From the NCBI GenBank assembly GCA_047495785.1, contig JBLDXI010000025.1, positions 1,736,001 to 1,800,000 of the forward strand: a stretch of 64,000 nucleotides of DNA. Reading direction: 5' to 3'. This document shows, piece after piece, positions 1 through 12,489 of this stretch (positions within the stretch are counted from its first letter, which is position 1; each line of letters opens with the position of its first letter). The notes below the pieces were generated by a model. That model did not search any database. It was not told where the DNA came from and saw nothing but the letters and a program-made list of their open reading frames with translations. The DNA is from Lepidodermella squamata. Lineage: Eukaryota; Animalia; Gastrotricha. Made by a program: the position numbers and the translations under genes.

Positions 1-58
1 TTTTAAATTTTTGGTAATAAATCAAAATCAGACAGGAAGTAGAGGTGATAGGGTTCAG

Positions 59-805
59 TTATAACTTCATGTCCAACTTTTTCGCTAGATCGGCTGCTGT
101 TTCGCCTTTCAAGTTGCGCATTCCTGCAAGTTCAGGCTTTTCCGTCAACAAATATTGGACGACATCTTTGTAGCCGCCCATCGCAGCATAGTGAATAGCC
201 ATATTTTCATTGTCATGCAAATTGCGAGTGTAAAAGTCAGCACCATTTTTCAACAACAGCTTGACCATTTCGATATTCCCACGTTTCGCTGCTAACATCA
301 AGTATGTGAAGCCTGTAGCGTTGTGCTTCTCCATTTCGAAGTACGTGTTTTCGAGCAGGAATTGGACCATTTCAAAGCGCCCGGTTAAAATAGCTCGCCC
401 AAGTAGCGTATCCAAGTTTTCATCGACTGATTCGAAAAGTTCAGATTCCGAGAATGTGAAGTACTTCACTATCTCGAGGTGCCCGTTATCCAATGCCAAT
501 TGAACGGCTAGAGAGCCTCGATTTGTGCTATCACGCTCATACAGCATATCACCCAGCTCGTCGATAAAGTATTTTACTGCGTCTAAGTTGCCATTGGCAG
601 AGGCTTGCATGAGAGGTGTACGAAAAAAATCTTCGCTGTCTTTGTGCTCGATCAGCATTTTTCTTTGTGATGAGGTAAGCACATTGGAAGACAGAATACC
701 TCGGAGAACCGGAACGTTCCCTGACTTCGCTGCTTCATGGATTCGCCGAGCTTGCATCTCCAAGTCCTCCCCTAATGAAAAAGAGGCTCTTCTGTGATCA
801 GTCAT
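59..805 (-). CDS. Ankyrin-repeat protein, single exon (ANK-only paralog 1)
   Basis: Intact 248-aa ORF with about six ankyrin repeats (TPLMQASANGNLDAVKY, TYLMLAAKRGNIEMVKLLL, AIHYAAMGG); paralogous to the next three genes. Confidence 0.9.
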   Translation of the reverse strand: MTDHRRASFSLGEDLEMQARRIHEAAKSGNVPVLRGILSSNVLTSSQRKMLIEHKDSEDFFRTPLMQASANGNLDAVKYFIDELGDMLYERDSTNRGSLAVQLALDNGHLEIVKYFTFSESELFESVDENLDTLLGRAILTGRFEMVQFLLENTYFEMEKHNATGFTYLMLAAKRGNIEMVKLLLKNGADFYTRNLHDNENMAIHYAAMGGYKDVVQYLLTEKPELAGMRNLKGETAADLAKKLDMKL

Positions 806-1249
806 GAAGTAGATTTGTTCAGTAAATGGAGTGGTTTCTCTTTACTGCGGAAATTATGTAGCGAGAAATCGAGCCGAAATGCTGTTTGCGCCCAAATGTT
901 AGCCCTGGCCTAATGAATAAATGATGATTCCCCAACTTGAACTAACATTTTCTGCACACACGCACTCAAGCAGCTCAAAATAATACTCACGTGCCGATCA
1001 TGTGCAATTTATTAATATTCTCGCAATTCCCGACGTAATCGATTGCAGCTAGCAATCCCACCTGATTGCATGCATAGTATGCAGTGATATTAGCCACTGG
1101 CATGGTCATTATTTATGACAAATAAGCAATGAAAATAAACGAGTCCACGCAAAATAATTGATTCGAGACTAAAAATTGACAGCAAATGAACGCCGACGTA
1201 TGACTATTGGCAGAAATTCTGAAGAAAAAGCACATTAGTTCTATACAAG

Positions 1250-1993
1250 TCACTGGTGCATCTGCATTCCTTTAGATTGAATCATTTCGAGGGCGCTCGG
1301 TCCATTCTTTGGCTTGAAATTCGCCAGGTCGGGATCCTTCTCCAACAAAAAACGCACAATATCAACATGGCCACCGCCTATTGCATAATGAATAGCTGCC
1401 ATCTCATTATCGACATGGTTTTGCGAGCGTAAATCAGCACTGTTAGTTCCAACCACCAATTTGACCATTTCAACATCGCCCCGTTTGGCAGCCATCATTA
1501 AATAAGTGTAGCCCTCTTTGTTGCGTTTATCCATGTCGTAGTATGTTATTGACAGCAAGAATCTAACCATCTGATTTTGACCGGCCTGAATTGCGCGGCC
1601 AAGGAGGGTGTCAAGATTCTCGTCCTCGGCTTCAAACAAATCCGGCTCGTGCGAGGTCAGGTATTTCACGACTTCCACCTGTCCATTATCGGTTGCTAAC
1701 TGAACAGCGAGGGAGCGGCGTGGCGTGGTATCTCGCGAAAACAATGAAGCACCGTAATCGCGAACCAGTGATTCGACGATTTCGAGCTTACCGAGCGCCG
1801 CTGCTTGCATAATCGGAGTCCTCGCGAAATCATTGGCATCTTTGTGATCAACCAGGAAACGAAGATACGGGGACTCAGGTCCTTCAGCGTCGAGTATTGC
1901 TCTAAAAGAAGCTAAATTTCCCGTCTTGGCAGCTTCATGAACTTTCACTGCCTTAGAGTACAACTCTGGATTATTGTCCAGGTTGCTTGACAT
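1250..1993 (-). CDS. Ankyrin-repeat protein, single exon (ANK-only paralog 2)
   Basis: Intact 247-aa ORF collinear with paralog 1 (SLAVQLA.DNG, DENLDTLLGRAI, TYLM.AAKRG). Confidence 0.9.
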   Translation of the reverse strand: MSSNLDNNPELYSKAVKVHEAAKTGNLASFRAILDAEGPESPYLRFLVDHKDANDFARTPIMQAAALGKLEIVESLVRDYGASLFSRDTTPRRSLAVQLATDNGQVEVVKYLTSHEPDLFEAEDENLDTLLGRAIQAGQNQMVRFLLSITYYDMDKRNKEGYTYLMMAAKRGDVEMVKLVVGTNSADLRSQNHVDNEMAAIHYAIGGGHVDIVRFLLEKDPDLANFKPKNGPSALEMIQSKGMQMHQ

Positions 1994-2269
1994 GTTCTTG
2001 AGGATTTTCTGACACAGAATACTTCTAAGCGCGAGTACCTTCTAATTTCTCATCGCATGATCCGTCATGATTAATTATTGAACAGTTTTCTTTGCACAAA
2101 CAACTTCGAATTATACGCCGAGTGGGCTTGCGAGACGATATACATGAATAACAAATGAGGCATGAGTTTGCAACAAAAATTTATTATTATTATCCATCGG
2201 GGCAGCTCTATAAGTAAAATTATGGATCGTCAAGCGATAATAATTGAATATCAAAGGTGCCAAGAGACC

Positions 2270-3139
2270 TTAAAGACTGGTTTCAGGAATCTCCATCGTC
2301 GCAGCTTCAGGTAGTTCAAGAGGCAATATCTCGTTCTTGTCAGGAATTCTAGTCAGCTGTTTGCATTCTTTCATGAAGTAGCCAACAATATCTGCATGGC
2401 CGTGAAGAACTGCGTAATGCATTGCCGTGCAGTTATTAAAATGGTGATTCTGTGCCAGAAAACTTGACCCGGCCTCCGCGAGTAGCTTGACTACACGAAG
2501 ATCGCCTTGTTTCGCCGCCATCATCAAATAGGTTTCTCCCTTCATATTTCTCTTCTCGAAATCGATGTAGCGATCTGTGACAAGAAAGCAAACCAAATCG
2601 TAATGGCCTGCTTGAATAGCTCGGCCGAGAAGAGTGTCCAAATTACTGTCCTCTGTACCAACTGGAAAATCAAAATAAACACAGAATTATGGCAGTCTAA
2701 AGTCCATACCTAAATCAGGCTCGAATGATGCAAAAAGTCGAACGATTTCAAGGTGCCCATTCGATGTCGCTACTTGGACTGCAAGAGAATGCTTATCGCT
2801 TTTGTCACGAACAAACAGTGTGACGCCCAGCTCGTGGACAAGGAATTTCACAATATCAAGATAGCCACCCGCTGCAGCTTGAATCAGAGGTGTCCGTCCC
2901 AAATCATTCGGATCTGGGTGTTCAGCTAAAACCTTTCGGTCGAAAGGCGATACATTGCCTGCAAAAAGGAGGCGTTTCAATAGTGCCAGATCGCCTGCGC
3001 GAGTTGCTGCGTGAATTCTTGGTGCGTACTCCTGGATATTTTCCCACTGAACGTCGTAGGAGTAAGTTCGGCCTAAAACCGAAGTAGTTGACGGACGACG
3101 GGCAAGATTCATAGGATGTATTATACTCGAACGAAACAT
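2270..3139 (-). CDS. Ankyrin-repeat protein, two exons (ANK-only paralog 3)
   Basis: ORFs 2687-3139 and 2270-2641 join in frame across a 48-nt GT-AG intron (2662-2709), giving EPDLVGTEDSNLDTLL, which aligns with EPDLFEAEDENLDTLL in paralog 2. Confidence 0.88.
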
Positions 3140-3498
3140 GAAATGCGACGAAGAACTGGTTCCTTTTTATTATTTATACACTGACGAGGCCCGCGCACTC
3201 AACATTACGTTAAGTAAACATAAGACCGCATTTCTTGCTGATAGCGCCGTTCTTGGCACCTTAACACGAGGTTCCATTCTTTCCGTTCAATATATCCTAA
3301 ATAATTGAAACAGCCGCAACTGCCCGCTTAATTGAATTTGTAATGCAAGTCCGCTTTCATTGCGCTATAAAAATTTAGTTGGTAAGAGATTCCGTTTGCT
3401 TTTTATTTGCTGAATATAGCACAACGTGATGAAATGAAGCGAGAGCCAAGCTAACTTGGGACATGTGCGAATTTAACAAGTGAACATAATAAACATGA

Positions 3499-4371
3499 TT
3501 AAATATTGCGAAGCAACTTCAATCCCAACTTTTGCGCCAATCCAGTCGGCGTTTCTCCAAGGTTATCTGCAGTGTCAGCGAGCTCGGGGCATAGATCCAG
3601 GAGGTATGCCGCAACCTTGCTGTGCCCACCCATCACGGCATAATGCGCCGCCGTGCAATCGTTATCGATGCTGTTCCTGGCCAACACATCTGCACGATTA
3701 GCAACTATCAGCTGAATCATTTCCAAATCGCCACGTTTTGCAGCCATCATTAGATAAGTATCGCCATCTATATTCCTTTTCTCCACGTCGTAGAACATGT
3801 TGTCAAGTAGATATCGGACAACATCTAGCTTTCCGGCTTTGATAGCTTTACTAAGCAGGGTCTCCAGATTGCCATCCTCTGCTTCGAAAAGGTCAGGTTC
3901 GTAGCTGGAGAAAAACTTGACAATATCCAGATGATTGTTCGTAACCGCGAGATGAACAGCTAAGGAATAGCCCTCGTCTTTCTCTCTTGCAAAAACACTA
4001 ACACCCAAATCTTGCACGAGAAATTTGACGATATCTAAATGGCCGTTCGCAGAAGCCTGAAGTAGAGCAGTTCGACCATTGTCTGACATATCTTTGTGGT
4101 CTAACAATGTCATTCGCTGTGAATGCGTGTATTTGCCAGACATAACTGCCTCCTTGAGAGCATCAAGGTTACCAGTTTTTGCGGCTTCGTGAATCTGAAC
4201 TAGGCTGAAATCAGATTCGTTGATTTCGACACTTCCTCTGGGACGGCCGTTGAATGGCCTTGGAGCCACGTTCAATGTGTTTTCGGTCATTTCCGACATA
4301 ATGGGAAGAATTTGGTTAAGATAAGAATCGAAAAGCGATGTCGGCCTCTTAGAATATTTCTCTCCTAGCAT
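3499..4371 (-). CDS. Ankyrin-repeat protein, single exon (ANK-only paralog 4)
   Basis: Intact 290-aa ORF of the same family; exact start codon uncertain. Confidence 0.88.
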   Translation of the reverse strand: MLGEKYSKRPTSLFDSYLNQILPIMSEMTENTLNVAPRPFNGRPRGSVEINESDFSLVQIHEAAKTGNLDALKEAVMSGKYTHSQRMTLLDHKDMSDNGRTALLQASANGHLDIVKFLVQDLGVSVFAREKDEGYSLAVHLAVTNNHLDIVKFFSSYEPDLFEAEDGNLETLLSKAIKAGKLDVVRYLLDNMFYDVEKRNIDGDTYLMMAAKRGDLEMIQLIVANRADVLARNSIDNDCTAAHYAVMGGHSKVAAYLLDLCPELADTADNLGETPTGLAQKLGLKLLRNI

Positions 4372-5247
4372 AATGCCATTACCTAGACTCTATATTAATT
4401 TTAAAATAGATGTAAGCTGATGAAGTCCCCAAGTTAGTAGCTCAGAATTAGCAGTCTTCCGACTATTTTCGTGACCTCTTAAGAGCATATGATGTAGAAG
4501 GAATAAACTTTTCGAACTAATTTTGGTTTGGGTGAAGCCTCCTCTCTTACCTTTCAGGATCACTGAGGTCTCTGCCTATTAACCTGCATTATTTATACGT
4601 TATCATGGAGGTGAAATTTAGCTATAAATTCGTCAATGAAAAACTGATTGATACCCAGTGGTGAAAAATCGGAAGTCGGGAAACTAGTATGCACATAGAT
4701 AATGAAATGGGATATTCGGTACGCAACGATATCCTATTTAAAATAGCTCGCCAGTTGTTAAAAAAAATACATGGAAGTCGACATCAGGCATTTTTAGTGC
4801 TTGATCCGCTTATCAAGCCGATAATCGAGAAGCCTGCTGGTGCACTGAAACCTATTTTACATTGCGCGCATCTCTCAACAGGTCAGTCAAGTACTAAGAC
4901 AGATCATTGCTATGATCAAAATAGCCACTTGATAGCTTGAAATCGTCTGAAACGATTGCGCTCACCCCGCATTTCGAGTCTCCTGCCTGAGAAATGGACT
5001 ATGTCTACATTCATGATCTCAACAGCGCATATCGATCAAATTCGAAATGCCGTGAGACATCACCATGATTATTCCCACACTGCCGACTCTCAATCTGTGT
5101 ATCAAAAACGCCAAGTGTAAACGACAAAACAATTTATTTCACAAAACAAAATTTCACAAGGTGTCATCTAGCCAAAAGGCCTTTCGAATCATAAAGCTGC
5201 GCAAATGAAAGAAGTTTGAAGAGAGAGAATTCGACTACAAGTTTGAG

Positions 5248-8200
5248 TCAGTTGTGAATATGCTGCAAAAAGATAGAAACAATTTCCAAGGCATTTTCAT
5301 CATCATCATCGTCATCAGCATCTGAAGGTGAAGGCGACGGGGGTTCGCTGGGTTCCGGCTCCGTAACACCTCGAGACCGCAAAAACGCAGCAACTTCGTC
5401 GTGTTTAGCGCGAATCGCCAAGGCAAGCGGCGTATCACCGAAAATCTGCGTTGCCTCCGCACACTCAGGTTTCAAATCAACAAGATAACGAACTACCTCA
5501 AGATGCCCGTTTTGAGTTGCCTCGTGAATGGGCATTTCCCTCACGAAATTTTTCGACCGCTGCAAAGGATCGACGCCTCTCTCGACCAGAAGTTTAACAG
5601 AATCGAGATTGCCGTCCAGACAAGCTGTAAAGATGGGGGTACCACCGAATTTATTCAACTGATTGACATCCGCTCCGAACTCGTCTATTAACAGTTTTAA
5701 TACTTCGGCAGATTGAGAAGCGGCCACGTGGATTAAAGGAAGTCCATTTTCAGCTTTTGCGACTTGTAGCAACTCGGGATCTTTTTTCATTAAACAACGC
5801 ACTAGATCGACCTGCCCACGCCTTACCGGCATCAAAATCGCCATTTCATTCTGAGGGTCAAGTTGTCTAAGATCGGCACCATTTTCTAAGAGAAATTCAA
5901 CGACATCCTTATTACTTCGATAAACCGCTGCATGAACCGGGGTAACTTCAGCGTCCAAATTCACGCAAGCCCCTTTTTCTGAAACCAAAAACTTAACAAC
6001 CTCTAAACGATCAGCAAAGGCAGCGCATAGCAGCGGAGTCATGGCTTTCTTGCAACGGTATTCAAGCATATCAGGTCGAAGTTCCAGCAAGTACCTGAGG
6101 ACTTCGAGATGCCCGCGGCCAGCTGCGATATGGAGAGGTGTGCCAACCTTACTTTCGCAGGTTAAATCAACATCGTGCTGCGTTACAAGGTACTTTAATA
6201 AGTCGAGATGGCCGTAAAAGCAAGCTACTAGTAACAAGTTCATTCCGTCAAGAATTGGGATTTCTACCAGGTATTTCTGGCAATAAGCCGGAGCTGTTTC
6301 TATCATCTCAAATAAAGCAGCGGAGCCTTCGACAGCAGCCAGCTGGAGTCGCTGGAAAGCATCGGCATTGTTATTAGCGTCCAGTTTTTTATAGAGCTAT
6401 GGCAAGAAATAAAAACAATGAAACGCTATTATCAGCATGCCAGACAAATTGGCAAACCTTGGCTTCGGCCTGTAATAAGATGGACCTGGTCGACACAATT
6501 TGGGGCAAATCGGTGAAGAGCAAGCATCCGTCGATGATGTCCAGAGCTCTTTTTTGACAGCGTTCATGTAGTTCAGATAGGTTCCTTGAAAATTCGTCAG
6601 AGAACGGGCATAAGCGCAGAGATTTCAAATGCTTTTCGATCTGAAACAAGTTAATGAAGAAGATAAATTTATAACTTCCACAATTTTTTGCGAATGCTAA
6701 CGGAAATGGCTTGATCTATGACTAAGGTATGGTATGTGAACTTGTACTTGTCATTTTCGAAAAGAGGCTCAATCACGCTCTCGAACGGACTGGCTTGACA
6801 TGTGGGCTGCTACAATATTTCCTGCCGCCCTGCCAAAGCGCTTATGTCAAACGCAGGGTTGGAAAAAAAAATTTCCCCAATCCCACTTTTTTGAAAGTCT
6901 CCATTTCCCCACGAAAAGTGCCTTTTCGCCAAAAAGCTGTTTTTACCAATTTTACAGATGGTATTGCGTAAATACGAGTCACCAGGTAGTTTCCAACACG
7001 TTTGCTCGTACGGCATATGTTACCTCTCATGGAGCTATTCCTAGTGCTAGCTCACGACTCGTACAGAATTTTGCTGCATTTTATTTAAATGATAACAGCT
7101 TTTGAAGTCCCAAATTATTGCAGTTATTCGGTTTCTAGACAGTTTCGATTGTTAACGACTAAAATAATTTATTCTACGATGACGAGGAATAAAGCAAGCG
7201 AGCCTCAAGCTCAAGCACCTCCTCCTTCTAAGGAGAAAGTTCCGTGCAACTTCTGTTCTCGTTCCATGTGGAAAGATCACCTTGAACGACATAAGCAATC
7301 CGTTCACGCAGCAGAGATGGCAGCAGCAAACTCATCAGTCACCACCCACTTCACGAAACTTTCTACGGCGTCTTCGGGCATGCTAAGCCCTCTTGTCGGC
7401 CATCGGCCACCCTGCCGGCCCAAGCACCGGTTCAAAGCTTTCGACATCCTCTATCAGTTCTTCGTTGCTCAGTCCGAGAAATCAACCAACTGCCTCTTCT
7501 CAGATTATTACGTCAAACGGTAGAATTTCTACGTCAAACGTACAGTTGCTTGCATCTCGCATCTACATCATTGCCCCCGAAGCTAGCGCTCCCTTTTCCT
7601 ACGAATGCGCCGGTGAAGGATACTGCGATTTACGAAACACCCAACAAACTGAGTTGAAGCAAGAGAAATCGTCTGTTCCAGTTCTTCAACGAGTATGTAT
7701 CTTAGCCATCCACAGAATGTCGTTTTCAATCGACCGAAACAGTCATTGCGCCCAGTCAAAACTTCTAGATGTCGCAATAGTTACTTCTGGCGAAATTGAA
7801 GACTATACTGTCTTGAAATGGTGAAATCATGCGGCTGCATGCGCTCAGCATCCAGCCAACCAGTACTCCCAGCGAGCGCGTTTCTAGTCTCGTTGGCCTG
7901 GCAATTTCAGGAGAACTTAGGAAATGTAGTTATTGGAAGATTTTGTGGACGACAAAACGTCGAACTGGCAACCACTTGTCAACTCGGAAATCGAACTATC
8001 AGTCAAAATGGCTCGTGAACGTGAGATGATAACTTTTACCGCCCTAGTCAGTGAATGGTGTCGACACAGACCGAACCTCAAACCACTGTACGAGGAGGCA
8101 TCGTTGAACGAACGCAGACAACTGGATGATACACTTTTAGCTACGTTTAAACAAGCGCAGTGTAGGATTGGTTAACGACCTCCAGCAGACGTGGGATAAC

Positions 8201-11200
8201 TGGCCTCTGGTCGCAATGGCCAGAAGCATCGGATGGAGCCTAGACAATGAGGGTGTTATCCGAGCGGCACAGATGATTCTGACGGACGACTGGTCAAAAG
8301 AGCAAGCCGAGAAAGATGACACGACGAGTATGCCTCATAATTCGTAATCGATTGCAACCCTCTAATTCATACCTTCAGCGCCGAGATGTGGGGGTTATTT
8401 GCTGGAGGCAAGGATGACCTTCAGGTTCATCAAGTTGCCCGTCTTCGATACTATTTTTGACTGAAAGACGCTGACCCCGACATTCTGTTTGGGAAAGCGT
8501 TCATAACGATGCAATGGATGGGTGACACAACGCGGAACCTCGTCTAGAACGCTGAGAAATTTCTATCGGACCTAGGCCTGGACATGGTAACCGAATTGCG
8601 TTGAATAACACATAACTTTTTATATATGGGTCTATTTCACCGCCATGGAAAATAAATGTTTTCCATTGTGATATTCCATTTTTAATTCATTTTTATTTAA
8701 TTTTCGAGCGTGTCGGACCCGAAAAAATGAAGCCAGGAGCGCCACTTGTGCCGGATGTCTGTTGTTTTCGGACACGGAGATTAGCATTTTCGGTCAAAAA
8801 ATATTTTTTCGGGCGTGTCGGACCGGACCCCCGACACAGTGGAAAAAAATAAAATAAAATGAAAATTGTGGACACAATGGTGAGAATTACGGACAAGTGA
8901 TGCATGCCACGTGGCGAAATGGACGTAAAAGGGACAGGAACGCAGACAAGAAAGTATAAATCCCCGGTTTTCGCCAAGAAAACTTTAGCTGGGAAAATTT
9001 CGTAATTGGCGTTTTGATGTCGCGGCTCAAGTTCAGCGTAAGGAGCTAATTGCTTGATTTATCAATTTTCTACTCATCGGCTACTTTATTATCAGATCGA
9101 CTCGATTATTGGGGGTGATGATTCGCCGAGCGCATCAGACCGTGTCCAGGGCGGCGTTGTGCAGCGGGGCGCAATCAATCGTGACGTGGAACTCGACAAC
9201 AATGACTATCTTCCTCCCCTTACTGATCCCGTACCTCCTTTCGCCAACCCGTTTCCTTCCATACCCGCCGCGGAAACAATGAAAAGGAAGCGTGGCCGTC
9301 CAAAAAAGGTGATGTTTAATTTGTCGCTTATATTTGTTAAATGAACTGTCTTTTTTTTTAAGGTAGTTGCTCCGCCATCAAGTGCTCCGTCATCAAAAGC
9401 TCCGCCATCTCGTGCAAATCCTCAGCCGGTTGCCGCGAAGAAAGCGAAACCGGCCAACGCACCGGCGCGAATTTATTCTAGCGACGCGAAACTGTTCATT
9501 CTACTGTTTTTCCGCGATAATCTAGATTTGTTCCAAGGTGGAACCACGCAAAAGAGCACGCTATGGACGCGCTGTGCGGTTCTGATTCGACCACTGTTTG
9601 AAACTTTGAAAAATGTTAAAGGTTCCGAAATTTGTCAACGGTTTCGCACTTGGCAAGGACGATTTCGGCTTGCGCACGACAACAATCTGAAATCTGGCAC
9701 GCAGCGGATGGAAGTTGAATTCATGGAGGTTTGGGAAGAAATCTTCGCAGATAAAAGGCTGCTGGACCCGGACTATGTGGAAAATGCGGGTACGTCTGAG
9801 CAGAAGGTCGACTACAGCATCCCTGATCCTGACGACCCTGTTGTTACATCGAAAAATTCGGAGGAAGTCCAAGAAGCGATTGCGCGTGTGTCGAAGTTGT
9901 TACCTGAGCGAAAACAGCCGGCGAAATCACAAGTCGATGCTCAAATCGAACGAAAAACCAACGGCAATGCGAAGAAGACCAAGGGCCAGGCCACCATCGC
10001 TGAATTGTCGCGTTTGACATCTACGATCGAGACCGTGGCAACGCAGCGAGAACGAGAACGTGAACGCCAACATCAAGAAAAAATGATGCTATTGAAAGAG
10101 TATCTTAAGAAGTAGTAGATTTCTCCAAATTAATTGTCTTTGAAAAGATGGTATAAACTAAACGGGCTATGGGCGTTTTCGAACTTGCGAAATTTGTGTA
10201 TTTTTAGATTATTCTTAAATTTGCATTTGTGGCGGAGAATTTCTTTCATGGCTAATGCTCCGGCTAACCTAATGGCTGTTCTCGAGCTGTTCGCGGAAGA
10301 TGATACGGATGAAGAGTTGGATGAGCTGATTGCTGCTGCCGGTGTTGCAGTTGGCAATTTCTTTCGGTTCCGTCTGAATGAGCAGGTGATTTACCGCGTT
10401 GACAATTTCTTTGAAGAAATAGTCCCCCAAATGTGGGAAGAACAGTACCGGCGCTATTTTCGATACGCTCCACAAACTGTTCGTCAATTGATCGAGCTAT
10501 TGCGAAGACGAGTCGAATATCAGTACGGTGATCTGGAGAAAATTGTTCATCTTTTCCTCAATTTTTCTGCAACAATCGACCCGATTCATCGGCTCGCAAA
10601 CCTTTACAACTACTCCGAAACAACTGCCTGGCGGCGAATCAATCTCGTTACCGATTGGCTTTGCGATCTATCTCCGGAGCTCATCACATGGCCTGACCCC
10701 GCTCAACGCGTCCAAATCGCCGCTGATTGGGAGGAAGAAACAGGTTTTGCAGCGATTGGAGCGTTAGACTGCAGTTTGATTCGAATTACACCGCCTTCCA
10801 CTCCAGGTCGAAACAAGTACTTTTCGCGAAAACACACAAGTGCCATCGTCTTACAAGCTGTCTGTTCCCGCCGCAAGGAGTTCACGGATATTTTCGTAGG
10901 CTTTATCGGTTCGGCCCATGATTCAAGAGTGCTCAGAAACTCCCAGCTATACCGGAACGCCACTCAAAATTACAATGTAAGTTCGATTTATACCCTTTCA
11001 CGTTTGAAGCAACGAAATTTTCATTACATTTGCGAAAAAATCACACAAAATTGCAATTTACGAATTTGTCAGGTGCACGGTGAAACTACTAATTTTTTGC
11101 TTTCATTAAGGAATTTTTTGGAGGTAATTCATTCTTACTGGGAGACTCTGGCTATCAGCCCCGACGCTGGTGTGTCACTCCATTCCGCCAAACCGATAAC

Positions 11201-12445
11201 ATCACCCCCGAAGAACGGAATTTCAATTATCGTCACTCCGTCGCGAGAGTGATAATTGAACAGGCATTCGGGCTTCTCAAGCAAAAATGGCGGCGGATCT
11301 ATCACCTACAATTTCGCCTCAATATTCGGCCCAGTGTTCGTTTCACGAAAGCGATGTGTGTACTACATAATTTCGGCATCCGAGTGGAGGGTGACGCTTA
11401 CAATAACTTGCCCGATGAAGACCCGTTGCCGGCTCAACTTCTCGAGGCAGATCTGCAACTACAAGATGATTTTCTCGCAAATCTCGCTAACCATGAAAAC
11501 GATGACGGGAATGCGGCGAACCAGGCGGAGGGCGAAGAAAGGCGACAGGAAATTATGGCTAATTTACCTTTAGAATGGCTTCTAGATGCTTGATTTATGC
11601 AAAAAACAAGACTTTGCTTAATTTTCGAAAATAAAATAATGTTTTTTTCTAATTTTACTCGCAAAATAATTTCGAACAGATGTCGCCTCTTTGGCACTAT
11701 TTTCGTGAATAAAAACAGCTTGGCAACATTTTTACAAGTGTGTCGGACGCATTTCATATTTTTTTGTTTTTTTTTATTATTTTTTTCATGGCGATGAAAT
11801 AGACCCCATGTACCACAAAGTTATGTAAAAATAGGGATTTGCACAAAAATCTGGTTCTACAAAATCAGACTTGTAGAATGTGTAAGGAAAAAGGAAAATT
11901 TGCCAACCAGTGAAAAAATCCAGCAAATTTCCAGGCGAAGCTTTTCTTTATGCCGGATAAGACAACCATCGCAGAATTCCGCTTCGCAGTGATCACATTC
12001 CTCGCGGTGTTTGATAAAAGCATGCGGACAGTCGTCATGAGGCAGTTTTCGAGCTCGTTTCTGTGACAGACCTTCAACGGCTATTCGCACCTGGATATTA
12101 GGTTTCAAACCTGAAAATAAGAACATTCCAAATTTAATGAAAATATGGAAAAAGTTTAACCTTTGATTCCGTTTTCGTCAAGCTTGCTGATTGTTCGGCA
12201 TTCCGGGCATCGAATAGATTTTTTCTTGTTTTTGTGCTCGAAAATAGCCACCAAGCAAGAATGGCAAAACGTATGTCCGCATTCTGGCAAAATCAGTGGT
12301 TTTTCGTAGGTTCCCAAGCAAATTGGACAAATCAGAAGCTGGGGCAAAATTGCCATAAAAAATTGAATTCAATTCGAATAAATATCCACAGATAATTTAC
12401 CTGTCCAATGAACTCGTCAGGTTCTTCCATTTCTGTGCTTTCCAT
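5248..12445 (-). CDS. TRIM-like RING-Bbox-coiled-coil-ankyrin protein, gene E
   Basis: Exons 12445-12401, 12338-12161 (C3HC4 RING: CPIC...CGHTFCHSC...CPEC), 12110-11908 (B-box-like), 6640-6458 (helical) and 6396-5248 (ankyrins, acidic tail). All junctions are GT-AG and phase-compatible. Intron 6641-11907 is 5.3 kb and filled with transposons. Confidence 0.78.
6856..8000 (+). mobile_element. Degenerate hAT-like DNA transposon
   Basis: CAGGGTTGG-type start; Cys2His2 finger CNFC...HKQSVH near 7245-7305; hAT dimerisation motif ALSIQPTSTPSERVSSLVG near 7841-7900; many frame breaks; ends uncertain. Confidence 0.55.
9017..10115 (+). CDS. Harbinger accessory Myb/SANT-like (trihelix) DNA-binding protein
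   Basis: Exons 9017-9037, 9096-9308 (AT-hook KRKRGRPKK) and 9363-10115 (LWTRCA...GSEICQRFRTWQGRFR; C-terminal coiled coil) splice in frame. Confidence 0.72.
10248..11593 (+). CDS. Harbinger DDE transposase (DDE_Tnp_4/HARBI1-like)
   Basis: Removing intron 10977-11110 gives one open frame with GALDCSLI, GSAHDSRVL, LLGDSGY and ARVIIEQAFGLLKQKWR. Confidence 0.92.
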
Positions 12446-12489
12446 TTTTTTACGAGAAAATCTAGTCCATAATACAACAACACCCACGT

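Larger units (their letters stand above)
8628..11806 (+). mobile_element. PIF/Harbinger DNA transposon, apparently complete
   Basis: Terminal inverted repeats GGGTCTATTTCACCGCCATG (8628) and CATGGCGATGAAATAGACCC (ending 11806) flank a Myb/SANT-like gene and a DDE transposase. The 3-bp flanks (TAT/CAT) are an imperfect TSD. Confidence 0.88.

Noticed and set aside
4689-5120. 83-aa plus-strand ORF and its continuation
   Set aside because: No recognisable motif or paralog; interrupted by stops
8050-8605. Coding-like spliced remnant between the hAT fragment and the Harbinger
   Set aside because: Several stops; I cannot assign a family
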